Source: Candidatus Omnitrophota bacterium (lineage in GTDB: Bacteria; Omnitrophota; Gorgyraeia; Zapsychrales; Zapsychraceae). From it: a stretch of 64,000 nucleotides of DNA. How positions within the stretch are numbered: position 1 is the first letter of the stretch; each line of letters starts with the position of its first letter. Of this stretch, positions 19,676 through 29,446 are shown piece after piece. Location of the stretch: assembly GCA_020632515.1 (NCBI GenBank), contig JACKFK010000006.1:75876-139875 (forward strand). The letters are read 5' to 3'. The notes beneath the pieces are model-generated. The model did no database searches, was not told the origin of the DNA, and was given only the letters and a program-made list of their open reading frames with translations. The position numbers and the translations under genes are program-made.

Positions 19676-20719
19676 ATGAAAGTAATCAAGATAGCTGCGC
19701 TAAAATTATTGGTTGTATTGTGTTTTTTTGTTGTTTTTTCTAAAGTTTCTTTTTCTGCTGATGACAATGTGGATGGTATCCCTGGGGATGATCCTGTCGT
19801 TGAAATGAATCATCAGCAGTCGCTGCAAGGATTACAAGAACCGTTTTCTGCACAATTCGGTATTGAAGATGGCTTATATAAAGAACTTTATGATAATGGC
19901 GAGGTGAAACGGTTGTTAACTTATAAGGACGGTCAGCCGAATGGATTGTTTAATACATTTTATGAAGATGGAAAATTAAGCGGTGAAGGTTTTTTTGTGA
20001 ATGGCTTACATGAAGGTTCCGCGAGAATTTATTACCCTGATCAACGATTGCAAATGGAGGTCAATTACAAAAACGGCCAACTAAATGGGATATTAAAACA
20101 ATATTATGAGGACGGCCATATTAAATCTGAGGCGGTTTATAATGAAGGTAAATTAGATGGGATTTATAAAGAGTATTTTCCTGATGCCAAACTACAGTAT
20201 GAACGGCAATATAAAAACGGCAAAGTTGACGGTGTTGTGAAGGAATTTTCTCCATTAGGATTTTTACGCCGAACTGCTAGTTTTAAAGACGGGGCGCAAA
20301 GGGGCATTATTCGGGAATTCAATGATCAGGGTATTTTAGAAACTGCTTTTGAAGCGTATGATGGTGTTCCAAATGGGATTATTAAAGAATATTATTTGAC
20401 GGGTGAATTGCGTAGCGAGAGCATGTTAGAAGATGGGAAATTAGCGGATGGCACTATAAAAGAGTATTACGCTTCTGGAACATTGTGGCGGGAGGTGCAT
20501 ATTAAAAATGGTAAACGAGATGGTTTATTTCAGGAGTTTTTTGAAAATGGGAAAATAAAATTGGTTGGACAGTATGCTAAAGATAAAAGAAATGGGATAT
20601 TTAAAACTTATCATAACCATGGAGCTTTAGAGAGTGAGATATCCTATGAAAATGATGTAAAGATGGATACAAAATATTTTAATGAATATGGAAAAATTAT
20701 CGCGGGAGATATTAATTAA
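19676..20719 (+). CDS. Secreted MORN-variant (YwqK-like) repeat protein
   Basis: Signal peptide, then about a dozen tandem ~23-aa repeats of the form Y..G.L.G..K.YYE.G. Confidence 0.7.
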   Translation: MKVIKIAALKLLVVLCFFVVFSKVSFSADDNVDGIPGDDPVVEMNHQQSLQGLQEPFSAQFGIEDGLYKELYDNGEVKRLLTYKDGQPNGLFNTFYEDGKLSGEGFFVNGLHEGSARIYYPDQRLQMEVNYKNGQLNGILKQYYEDGHIKSEAVYNEGKLDGIYKEYFPDAKLQYERQYKNGKVDGVVKEFSPLGFLRRTASFKDGAQRGIIREFNDQGILETAFEAYDGVPNGIIKEYYLTGELRSESMLEDGKLADGTIKEYYASGTLWREVHIKNGKRDGLFQEFFENGKIKLVGQYAKDKRNGIFKTYHNHGALESEISYENDVKMDTKYFNEYGKIIAGDIN

Positions 20720-20734
20720 TTTTGAGAAAATGAT

Positions 20735-21409
20735 ATGAATATTCTAATTATTATAGCTATTGTTTTATTTATTATAGGGATCATTGTGATGGTTGGCGGA
20801 GCTCCATCTAAGGGGCGGACAGAAGATGATTTTGTCAATTCCATCCAGAAGTTTGTTAAAGGGTCTAAAGAAACTATTGGTGAGGGCAAAGAGTCCTATC
20901 AAATTAATTTTATTTTTGAAGGAATGCCGTTTGTTTATGAAAAAATAGAAATAAAAGGTTTTAAAGAAGGTGTCTTTAATGTTCATTTAAAGGCAAAAAC
21001 AAACTCTAATTTTAATTTGCTATTCAGTGAAAAGGGACAAGGAAAAACTGTTGATCCGAATCGAAGTATATTAGGGGTGAATGTTCCTGAGGGTGATGGG
21101 GGGCAAGGGCGTGTTACTGTGCCTAAAGAATTGGGTAATTTTAATATTGATACCAACAATGTGGGTTTGGCCAATAGATTATTGCAAGATAAAAAAATTA
21201 TACAAGTATTCATGAAATACATCAATGTTGACTCGCGGGGGTATCATTTATTAACAATGAATATAAAAGATGGGGATGTTTTTATTGAGTTTGACACGCA
21301 TGGAATACGAAAGCCGAGTTATCATGCTTTGAAGGGAAATGTTTCTCTCTTGGAGTATTATATTGATGATTTGATGGTCGTTGCGAAAAAGGTGAAAATG
21401 TTGGTTTGA
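20735..21409 (+). CDS. Hypothetical membrane-anchored protein
   Basis: 224 aa. A single N-terminal TM helix and no motif I recognise. Coding is inferred from ORF length and tight spacing only. Confidence 0.4.
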   Translation: MNILIIIAIVLFIIGIIVMVGGAPSKGRTEDDFVNSIQKFVKGSKETIGEGKESYQINFIFEGMPFVYEKIEIKGFKEGVFNVHLKAKTNSNFNLLFSEKGQGKTVDPNRSILGVNVPEGDGGQGRVTVPKELGNFNIDTNNVGLANRLLQDKKIIQVFMKYINVDSRGYHLLTMNIKDGDVFIEFDTHGIRKPSYHALKGNVSLLEYYIDDLMVVAKKVKMLV

Positions 21410-21521
21410 GGTATTTTTTAATTATGAATCTTTAATATATTTTTAATTAGAAGCTATAGTTTCCTATAAATATCATATTATCAATCAGTTATAGATTAAT
21501 TCCATTAAAGATTAGAGTGTA

Positions 21522-21549
21522 TTGACAATCATAATTTTTTTGTTATAAT
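21522..21549 (+). promoter_or_regulatory. Sigma70-type promoter of the hrcA-grpE-dnaK-dnaJ operon
   Basis: TTGACA-N16-(TGt)TATAAT, immediately upstream of CIRCE. Confidence 0.55.
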
Positions 21550-21555
21550 AGCGCC

Positions 21556-21582
21556 TTAGCATTCAAGCATTAAGAGTGCTAA
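21556..21582. promoter_or_regulatory. CIRCE operator (HrcA binding site)
   Basis: TTAGCATTC-N9-GAGTGCTAA, one mismatch to the CIRCE consensus. Starts 7 nt after the -10 box. Confidence 0.8.
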
Positions 21583-21748
21583 ACTTTTAAGAGTTATTTA
21601 ACTTCTTCAAATTATTGAATTTTTAATCTTATATCATTTTTAATAAGGAATTATGATGTTTGAGTTTCATAGAATCTTTATTAATTTTAGGTATAGTCGC
21701 ATACGAGATTTTGGTTAACTAGGTTAAATAGATATTTGAGGGCAAATT

Positions 21749-22486
21749 ATGTCAACAAAATGGATGGATATTAAGGAAAGAAAAGATCGAATATTGGGAT
21801 ACGCAATTGACCAATATATTAAAACTGTGTCTCCGGTCAGTTCGCAATGCATTGCTAAACTTTATAAAGTTGATTTGAGTTCAGCAACAATCCGAAATAT
21901 CCTTGCCGATTTAGAAGACAGTGGATATTTAACACATCCACATACGTCAGCTGGGCGTATTCCAACAGAAAAAGGTTATCGGTATTATGTTGATAATCTT
22001 ATGCAAGAGATCCATTTATTAGAAGAAGAAAAAACGCGGATTAAAGAAGAATATGCGCGGGAATCTTTAGAATTAGAAATATTGTTGGAAAAAACATCAG
22101 AAGTTATATCAGAAATTACTAATTATACGAGTATTATTTCCGTTGAAGGGTGGGGGAGCAAGATCATTTGTAAAGGAACAGGTTATATTGTTAATTATCC
22201 AGAATATAATGATTTAACCAAAATAAAATCCATTTTAGAAGCTTTGGAGCGTAAAGAAAAATTATTGGATATTATTAATCGTGATATAGAAGATCGAATT
22301 AATATTTTCATAGGACAGGAAATTGAGGTTGAAGATATTGAAGGGTGTTCGCTTATTGTTTCAAAATATGATTTGAAAGACGGGCCAAGTACAAGAGTTG
22401 CTGTATTAGGACCTACAAGAATGAATTATGAAAGAGTTATTTCAATGTTGGAGTATTTGAAAGAATATTTTTTAAAAACTATATAA
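21749..22486 (+). CDS. hrcA: Heat-inducible transcription repressor HrcA (short form, 245 aa)
   Basis: N-terminal wHTH with SSATIRNILADLEDSGYLTHPHTSAGRIPTEKGYRYYVD. Heads the grpE-dnaK-dnaJ operon. Confidence 0.8.
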   Translation: MSTKWMDIKERKDRILGYAIDQYIKTVSPVSSQCIAKLYKVDLSSATIRNILADLEDSGYLTHPHTSAGRIPTEKGYRYYVDNLMQEIHLLEEEKTRIKEEYARESLELEILLEKTSEVISEITNYTSIISVEGWGSKIICKGTGYIVNYPEYNDLTKIKSILEALERKEKLLDIINRDIEDRINIFIGQEIEVEDIEGCSLIVSKYDLKDGPSTRVAVLGPTRMNYERVISMLEYLKEYFLKTI

Positions 22487-22503
22487 CTACAAAATGTAGG
22501 TAA

Positions 22504-23112
22504 ATGAATATGGAAGATATTAAAAAATCAAAATCAACTAACAATTCTGAATCAAAATCACAGGATTCTATGGACGATAGTTTGGAGAATGAATTTGAAC
22601 AGATAAAAGATTCTGCTGATGAAAAGTATATCGAAATTAAAGAAGCGGAATATTTAAAATTAGTTAATGAGGTTAAAGAGTTTAAAGATAAGTATATGCG
22701 CTTGTATGCTGAATTTGATAATGCGCGTAAACGTATGGATCGTGAAAAGCAAGAATTTATTAAATATGCCAATGAAGGATTGATCATCGAGTTATTGGGT
22801 GTGTTGGATAGTTTAGAGTTGTCGATGAAAGCTGCTCGAGATAATCATAATGATTATGAGGCGTTTTTAAAAGGAATTGAAATGGTTATGGCAAATACAT
22901 ATGAAATATTGAAGAAAAATGGAGTAAAACCGATTAAAGCATTAGGCCAGCCGTTTGACCCTCATTGCCACGAAGTTCTCATGCAGGAGGATACTGACGA
23001 ACATGATGATGGTATTGTTCTTGAAGAATTTCAAAAAGGATACCAATTGGGTGAAAGAGTGATACGTACTGTTAAAGTTAAGACTGCTCGACGAAAATCT
23101 GAGAACAAATAG
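22504..23112 (+). CDS. grpE: Nucleotide exchange factor GrpE
   Basis: YMRLYAEFDNARKR motif. C-terminal FDPHCHEV...GY..GERVIR. Confidence 0.9.
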   Translation: MNMEDIKKSKSTNNSESKSQDSMDDSLENEFEQIKDSADEKYIEIKEAEYLKLVNEVKEFKDKYMRLYAEFDNARKRMDREKQEFIKYANEGLIIELLGVLDSLELSMKAARDNHNDYEAFLKGIEMVMANTYEILKKNGVKPIKALGQPFDPHCHEVLMQEDTDEHDDGIVLEEFQKGYQLGERVIRTVKVKTARRKSENK

Positions 23113-23215
23113 GTTTATAAAGAAATAATAACATAATTGAATTCTCTGATGACAAATTTGATAAAGGCGAGATGTCATCAGGTGATATTTATAGTATTAG
23201 AAGGAGGATCAGAAA

Positions 23216-25144
23216 ATGAGTAAAGCAATAGGAATTGATTTAGGAACATCAAATTCAGCAGCGGCTGTTATGGAGGGGGGCCGTCCCACAATTATTCCTT
23301 CAGCCGAAGGGGCAGGTGTTGCTTCGGGAAAGGCGTTTCCATCGTTTGTCGCGTTTACAAAAGACGGCCAGCGATTGGTTGGGGAACCAGCTCGTCGTCA
23401 GGCGCCAGTGAATTCAGAAGGAACTGTTTATGCTGCTAAACGAAAAATGGGAACGAATGAAAAGATTAAAGTGTTTGATAAAGAATTTAGTCCTCAACAA
23501 ATCAGCTCTTTTATCTTGCAGAAAATTAAAGCAGACGCAGAAAAATTTCTTGGCGATACAGTGAATGAAGCGGTTATTACAGTACCTGCTTATTTTAATG
23601 ATAATCAACGTCAGGCTACAAAAGATGCCGGTGAAATTGCGGGATTAAAAGTTTTGCGTATTATTAACGAACCGACAGCCGCGTGTCTAGCGTACGGATT
23701 AGATAAGGCTGGTAAAGAACAAAAGATCATGGTTTTTGACTTTGGCGGAGGGACGTTAGATGTCACCATCCTTGAAATGGGTTGGGATGATGAACATAAA
23801 GCCGCGACTTTTGAAGTTTTATCGACGAGTGGAGATAATCATTTAGGTGGAACAGACATGGATAATGTCTTAATTGATCATATTGTTAGTGAATTTAAAA
23901 ATCAATCAGGCATTGATTTAAAAAGTGATAAGATGGCTTTTCAGCGATTGCGTGAAGCGGCTGAGAAGGCGAAAGTTGAACTTTCTAGTACAATTCAAAC
24001 AGAAGTTAATCTGCCATTTATTACAGCGGATGCTTCCGGGCCAAAACACCTTAATTTAAGTATTGATCGGGCGAAGCTCGAGTCTTTAGTTAGTCCTATC
24101 GTAGATCGTTGTCGAGAGCCGATTATCCGCGCGATCAAAGATTCTTCATCAAAGTTAGGCGAAGATATTAAAGTTGATCGAGTTATTTTAGTCGGTGGTC
24201 CTACGCGTATGCCGATTGTTCAAAGTTTTGTGGAGAAAGAAGTTGGGCAGAAGATTGAGCGCGGAATTGATCCTATGGAGTGTGTGGCATTAGGCGCGTC
24301 TATTCAAGCCGGAATTATTAAAGGTGAAGCTAAAGAAGTTTTACTTTTAGATGTGACTCCATTAACGTTAGGGATTGAGACCATGGGTGGAGTGATGACT
24401 AAATTAATTGAACGCAACACGACAATTCCAATTAAGAAAAGTCAGGTTTTCTCAACGGCGGAAGAAAATCAAACAGCTGTAACAATTCGTGTTTTGCAAG
24501 GAGAACGGCAAATGGCCAATGATAACACAGAGTTAGGCCGTTTTGATTTAGTCGGAATCCCGCCTGCGCCGCGAGGTGTGCCGCAAATCGAAGTTACTTT
24601 TGATATTGATACAGACGGGATTGTGCATGTATCCGCTAAAGATAAAGGTACAGGTAAAGAACAGTCGATCCGTATTACAGCTTCTTCAAAGTTATCAGAT
24701 GAAGAAATTGAAAAAATGGTAAAAGAAGCGGAAAAGTACGCGGAAGAAGATAAGAAGAAAAAAGAGGAAGCGGAAACCTTAAATCAAGCCAATGCCATGA
24801 TTTATTCTACAGAAAAATCGGTGAAAGATTATGGTGATAAAGTTTCTGCCGACGATAAAGCAAATATTGAAAAAGAATTAAACAATTTGAAAGAAGTTGT
24901 TAAATCTAAAGATACAGAGAAAATTAAACAGTCTATGGAGGCTTTACAAAAAGTAAGTCATAAATTGGCTGAAGAAGTATACAAAGCTACAGCATCCCAG
25001 CAAGCAGCTGGAGCCGGCGCTGGCGCATCAACGGAAAACGCGCAAGAGGCATCTGGCGGACAGTCACAAGGGGAAAAAGCATCTGGTGGTAAGGGTGATG
25101 ATGATATTATCGATGCTGATTTTAAATCTGAAGATGGTAAATAA
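23216..25144 (+). CDS. dnaK: Chaperone DnaK (Hsp70)
   Basis: [30 protein letters not shown]. Confidence 0.95.
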   Translation: MSKAIGIDLGTSNSAAAVMEGGRPTIIPSAEGAGVASGKAFPSFVAFTKDGQRLVGEPARRQAPVNSEGTVYAAKRKMGTNEKIKVFDKEFSPQQISSFILQKIKADAEKFLGDTVNEAVITVPAYFNDNQRQATKDAGEIAGLKVLRIINEPTAACLAYGLDKAGKEQKIMVFDFGGGTLDVTILEMGWDDEHKAATFEVLSTSGDNHLGGTDMDNVLIDHIVSEFKNQSGIDLKSDKMAFQRLREAAEKAKVELSSTIQTEVNLPFITADASGPKHLNLSIDRAKLESLVSPIVDRCREPIIRAIKDSSSKLGEDIKVDRVILVGGPTRMPIVQSFVEKEVGQKIERGIDPMECVALGASIQAGIIKGEAKEVLLLDVTPLTLGIETMGGVMTKLIERNTTIPIKKSQVFSTAEENQTAVTIRVLQGERQMANDNTELGRFDLVGIPPAPRGVPQIEVTFDIDTDGIVHVSAKDKGTGKEQSIRITASSKLSDEEIEKMVKEAEKYAEEDKKKKEEAETLNQANAMIYSTEKSVKDYGDKVSADDKANIEKELNNLKEVVKSKDTEKIKQSMEALQKVSHKLAEEVYKATASQQAAGAGAGASTENAQEASGGQSQGEKASGGKGDDDIIDADFKSEDGK

Positions 25145-25165
25145 TTATTAATTTTTGAGTAAAAA

Positions 25166-26317
25166 ATGAAAAAAGATTATTACGAAATTCTAGGCATTAA
25201 TAAAGATGTTACCTTGCAGGATATTAAGAAAGCGTATCGTAAATTCGCTTTGAAATATCATCCGGATCGGGTTGAAGAGAGCAAGAAAAAAGAAGCCGAA
25301 GAGAAGTTTAAAGAAATCACAGAGGCTTATGGAGTATTGTCGGATCCAAAGAAAAGGCAATTATATGATCAATACGGTCATGCGGGGATTGATCAGAATT
25401 TTACCGCAGATGATATTTTTAAAGGTGCGGACTTTAGCAGCATCTTTGAAGGTTCTGGGCTTGGTGACATATTTAGTCAATTTTTTGGTGGAGATTCTGG
25501 GTTTGATGTTTTTGGCGGCGGCGGCCAGCGACGGTCACGACGACATCAGCGCGGAAGAGATATCCAATATGAGGTTGATATAACTTTAGAAGAGGCCTAT
25601 AAAGGGATGAAGAAGAGTATAACATTCCCTCGTAATGAACATTGTACAGATTGTAAAGGAACAGGGGCTAAAAAAGGGACGGCGTTAAACACATGTTCTA
25701 CTTGCCAAGGGCAAGGCGCGGTCATGACAAGTAGTGGTTTTTTTCGGATGCAGCAAACATGTCCGGAATGCCGGGGTACAGGCCAGATTATTAAAGATTA
25801 TTGTCCTCAATGTAATGGGAAAGGTGCTATTCGGATAACTAAGAAAATAGAAGTTGATATTCCTGCAGGTGTTGATAACAATTCACAGTTACGACTGCAA
25901 GGACAGGGTGAGGTTGGTAGTGGCGGTCCTGGAGATTTATATGTATATATTCATGTTGTAGATCATGATGTTTTTCAGCGAGAAGGAAATGATATTTATA
26001 TGCAGCAGCCAGTAAGTTTTGTTAAAGCGGCTTTAGGAGGTGATGTTTCTGTCCGTACGCTTAATGGAAATGTATCGATGAAAATACCTGCGGGTACTCA
26101 AAGCGGTAAAGTTTTTCGTTTAAAAGGTAAAGGGATGATAGATTTGCATACTAAGGCGCATGGCGATCTTTATGCTAAAGTGATGATTAGTGTTCCTGCA
26201 AAACTAAACAGCGCGCAGCGTAAGTTATTAGAGGAATTTGCTCAAACCAGTGGAGAATTTGTAGAACCGCCGATTGTTGATACTTTAAAGGAAAAGATTA
26301 AGAAAGTTTTTAAATAA
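25166..26317 (+). CDS. dnaJ: Co-chaperone DnaJ
   Basis: J-domain with HPD (KYHPDR), G/F region, four CxxCxGxG zinc motifs. Confidence 0.95.
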   Translation: MKKDYYEILGINKDVTLQDIKKAYRKFALKYHPDRVEESKKKEAEEKFKEITEAYGVLSDPKKRQLYDQYGHAGIDQNFTADDIFKGADFSSIFEGSGLGDIFSQFFGGDSGFDVFGGGGQRRSRRHQRGRDIQYEVDITLEEAYKGMKKSITFPRNEHCTDCKGTGAKKGTALNTCSTCQGQGAVMTSSGFFRMQQTCPECRGTGQIIKDYCPQCNGKGAIRITKKIEVDIPAGVDNNSQLRLQGQGEVGSGGPGDLYVYIHVVDHDVFQREGNDIYMQQPVSFVKAALGGDVSVRTLNGNVSMKIPAGTQSGKVFRLKGKGMIDLHTKAHGDLYAKVMISVPAKLNSAQRKLLEEFAQTSGEFVEPPIVDTLKEKIKKVFK

Positions 26318-26327
26318 GAGGAAATAT

Positions 26328-26624
26328 ATGCCGACATATACATATGAATGTGATGCGTGTGGACATTCTTTTGATACGTTACAGTCCATGTTGGATAAAA
26401 AACTAAGAAAATGTCCAGAGTGTGGAAAGAATAAGTTGATACGGTTGATTGGAGCTGGTTCAGGTGTGATCTTTAAAGGAACAGGTTTTTATGAAACAGA
26501 TTACAAACGAAAAACTGAGTCTAAATCAGAAACAAAATCAACAGAAACAACAGTAAAAGAGACAACTGTTAAGAAATCTGATAAAAGTACAACAAAGAAA
26601 AAAGCTAGTAAATCAGATTCTTAA
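26328..26624 (+). CDS. FmdB-family zinc-ribbon protein with K/S/T-rich tail
   Basis: MPTYTYECDACGH...CPECG pattern (CxxC...CxxC). Confidence 0.7.
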   Translation: MPTYTYECDACGHSFDTLQSMLDKKLRKCPECGKNKLIRLIGAGSGVIFKGTGFYETDYKRKTESKSETKSTETTVKETTVKKSDKSTTKKKASKSDS

Positions 26625-26690
26625 GTAATATTAGGGTGCTGAACTCACAAAGATTCTATTTGTACCATTTTGGTATTAGGATTTTGAATT

Positions 26691-26717
26691 AGGGGGTTAG
26701 TTCTGCCCCTTTTTTTA
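26691..26717 (+). terminator. Rho-independent terminator ending the dnaK operon
   Basis: agggg...cccct stem followed by a T7 run. Confidence 0.55.
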
Positions 26718-26723
26718 TAGTCT

Positions 26724-27101
26724 ATGTTTAAATTAAAATTGCTTAGATTTTGGTTTCCAGTTTTTATATATTCTGGTATCATCTTTTATATGTCATCCCT
26801 GGTGAAGGTAAAGGTTCCTTTATCAGATTGGAATTTTGACAAAATATACCACTTTATAGAGTATATGCCGTTTGGGTTCTTAGTTTATAGAGCTATTTAT
26901 TGTACAAAAGTTAATCCCAATGGAAAACAAATATTAACGCTGTCTTTGTTGATTTCATTTTGTTACGGCCTTAGTGATGAAATTCATCAATATTTTGTCC
27001 CTGGAAGAACTTGTTCGGGGATAGATTTATTAGCCGATACAATCGGTGGATTTATCGGGGCCTTTATATATTTTTATTGGAATAAATCAGTTTCATATTG
27101 A
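26724..27101 (+). CDS. VanZ-family membrane protein
   Basis: 125 aa, 4 TM. DKIYHFIEY and SDEIHQYFVPGR motifs are typical of VanZ. Confidence 0.6.
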   Translation: MFKLKLLRFWFPVFIYSGIIFYMSSLVKVKVPLSDWNFDKIYHFIEYMPFGFLVYRAIYCTKVNPNGKQILTLSLLISFCYGLSDEIHQYFVPGRTCSGIDLLADTIGGFIGAFIYFYWNKSVSY

Positions 27102-27130
27102 AATATTGAGAAGAAAAGAAAGAGAATTGT

Positions 27131-28396
27131 ATGTCTTCGATAAAACCTTTTGCTGCAGTTCATTACAATCCAGAAAGAATTAATGACTTTTCCAAAGTTG
27201 TGTGTCCTCCGTATGACGTAATTTCGGTAGAGCAACAAAATGAATATCATAATGTGAGTCCGTACAATTTTATCCATATAATGTTAGGAAAAGATAAGGA
27301 AAACGATACTAAAACAAATAATAAATATACCCGAGCAAAAACGATATTTGAATCTTGGCTTAAGAAAGAAGTTTTGGTTCAAGATGAAAAGCCAAGTATT
27401 TATTTTTATAAACAGGAATATAAGATTCAAGGTGAAAAACATAGTCGAATGGGTTTCATTTCGTTAATGCAGTTGCAGGATGATAATGAATCTAAGGTTT
27501 ATCCTCATGAAAAGACGCATTCGCATGCGGTTGAAGACAGATTAACGCTTTGGCGCACGTTAAATTCTAATTTAAGCTGTATTTTTGTTTGTTACTCAGA
27601 TAAACAGAAAAAAGTAGATAAGATTTTTCATAAAGATGTAATTTCTCAGAAACCTTTAATTGATGTGGTAGATCATGATAAGGTTCGTCATAAACTTTGG
27701 AAACTTGACGATGAGGTTCTTATTGATGAGATTAATCGTTCTATTGATGGACAGCAATTATTTATTGCTGATGGGCATCATCGATACGAAGTGTCTAAGC
27801 AATTGCGTAAATTACATATGGAGCGAAAGGCAAAAAGCACTGGAAAAGAACCGTTTAATTATGTAATGACATATTTTACTAATATTGACTCTAAAGATTT
27901 ACAGATTTTTCCGATGCATCGGATCGTTAAGAACTTTTCGGAAAATGAGTCTTTGTTAGAAGAATACTTTCGTATTGATAAAGTTAAAAGTAAAGAAGAG
28001 CTTTTAATCGTTTTAGCGCGGGCTGGACGTAATGAACATGCTTTCGGATTATATACACGTGATGGAATTCGGTTGTTGCGTTTAAAGAATAAGACTTTGA
28101 TTAATGAGCATGTGACAGAAGGTTCTGAAGAATATAAAAAATTAGACGCGACGATATTGAAGTATTTTGTTTTTGATAAAAGTGGTATTGCTTCAAACGA
28201 AATTATTTACACAAAAGATATTAATGAAGCTTTTGACATGGTTAATGAGCATCAAGCCGATGCGAGTTTTATCATGAATCCAGTTAAAATTGAGCAATTA
28301 AAAGCGGTTGCTTTAAATGGTGAGCGAATGCCTCCGAAGACGACGTATTTTTATCCCAAAGTGCTTTCAGGGTTAACCGTTTATAAAATGGATTGA
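27131..28396 (+). CDS. DUF1015 domain protein
   Basis: 421 aa. N-terminal IKPF.A..YN......V.CPPYDVIS pattern and ADGHHRYE motif, recalled for DUF1015. Confidence 0.6.
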   Translation: MSSIKPFAAVHYNPERINDFSKVVCPPYDVISVEQQNEYHNVSPYNFIHIMLGKDKENDTKTNNKYTRAKTIFESWLKKEVLVQDEKPSIYFYKQEYKIQGEKHSRMGFISLMQLQDDNESKVYPHEKTHSHAVEDRLTLWRTLNSNLSCIFVCYSDKQKKVDKIFHKDVISQKPLIDVVDHDKVRHKLWKLDDEVLIDEINRSIDGQQLFIADGHHRYEVSKQLRKLHMERKAKSTGKEPFNYVMTYFTNIDSKDLQIFPMHRIVKNFSENESLLEEYFRIDKVKSKEELLIVLARAGRNEHAFGLYTRDGIRLLRLKNKTLINEHVTEGSEEYKKLDATILKYFVFDKSGIASNEIIYTKDINEAFDMVNEHQADASFIMNPVKIEQLKAVALNGERMPPKTTYFYPKVLSGLTVYKMD

Positions 28397-28447
28397 ATTT
28401 AAGCTTAGCAGCGCTTTCTGCTTAAAGAAGGATGTGGTAGGAGAAAG

Positions 28448-29302
28448 ATGGCTCTTTTTGGTCGAAAGAAATATACTTTAGTTAATGTGAAGAAAAAAGA
28501 AATTCCTGCCGGGTTGTGGGTGAAATGTGAGGAATGCGGAGCCCTTACCTATAAAAAAGAATTACTAAATCATTTCAATGTCTGTCCTAAGTGTGATTTT
28601 CACTATACGTTAACACCAAACGAACGTATAGAGCTTTTGATAGACTCAGGCACTTTTCAAGAAATTAATAATCATTTAACTAGTCTGGATCCTTTAGAAT
28701 TTAAAGGGCCGAAGACTTATAAAGAAAAATTGCAGGCTGATCAAAAGATTACAGGATCACGAGAAGCGGTAGTGACGGGTTTGGGCAAGCTTGCGGGTAA
28801 AGATGTAGCGATCGCTGTGACTGATTCGCGATTTATTATGGGGTCTATGGGATCGGTAGTTGGTGAAAAGATTACGCGTGCGGTGGAAGAAGCCACAAAG
28901 AGAAAGATTCCAGTTATAATTATTTCTGGTTCGGGGGGCGGGGCGCGGATGTATGAAGGCGTATTTTCTTTAATGCAGATGGCTAAAACATGCGCGGCAT
29001 TATCGCGGCATAATGAGGCAGGGTTTTTGCATATTTCTGTTTTAACTAATCCAACAATGGCGGGAATTATGGCTTCTTTTGCCGGCATCGGCGATATTAT
29101 AATGGCGGAGCCTAAAGCCTTAATTGGTTTTACCGGCCCACGGGTTATCGAGCAAACAATTCGGCAAAAATTGCCAGAGGGATTTCAACGATCAGAGTTT
29201 TTGTTGGCGCATGGATTAATCGATATGATTGTTGCACGTAAAGAGATGAAAGAACAGATGAGTAAGATAATTGAATATACGCATATTAATAAACAGAGAT
29301 GA
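28448..29302 (+). CDS. accD: Acetyl-CoA carboxylase carboxyltransferase beta subunit
   Basis: N-terminal zinc ribbon (CEECG...CPKCDFH). GSMGSVVGEK and SGGARM motifs. Confidence 0.9.
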   Translation: MALFGRKKYTLVNVKKKEIPAGLWVKCEECGALTYKKELLNHFNVCPKCDFHYTLTPNERIELLIDSGTFQEINNHLTSLDPLEFKGPKTYKEKLQADQKITGSREAVVTGLGKLAGKDVAIAVTDSRFIMGSMGSVVGEKITRAVEEATKRKIPVIIISGSGGGARMYEGVFSLMQMAKTCAALSRHNEAGFLHISVLTNPTMAGIMASFAGIGDIIMAEPKALIGFTGPRVIEQTIRQKLPEGFQRSEFLLAHGLIDMIVARKEMKEQMSKIIEYTHINKQR

Positions 29303-29446
29303 AGGAATAAATTCGTTGAAATTCTATGTGTTTTTTAATAGAATACCCAACTAATAGTTTGAATAGTATTTATATTAAATTAATTCTAAAAATTTAGCCA
29401 TTGTCATAGACTTGTTTGGCAATCGTGGACTGGAGAAATATCCAAA

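Noticed and set aside
21653..21718. 21-codon ORF (MMFEFHRIFINFRYSRIRDFG) in the hrcA leader as a possible leader peptide
   Set aside because: It has only a weak AAGGA RBS, no recognisable regulatory codon pattern, and no way to assess conservation. It is mentioned under the hrcA leader finding only.
25272..25583. 103-aa same-strand alternate-frame ORF inside dnaJ
   Set aside because: It overlaps the well-supported DnaJ frame (J-domain and G/F region). Its basic, low-complexity translation is typical of an out-of-frame artefact.
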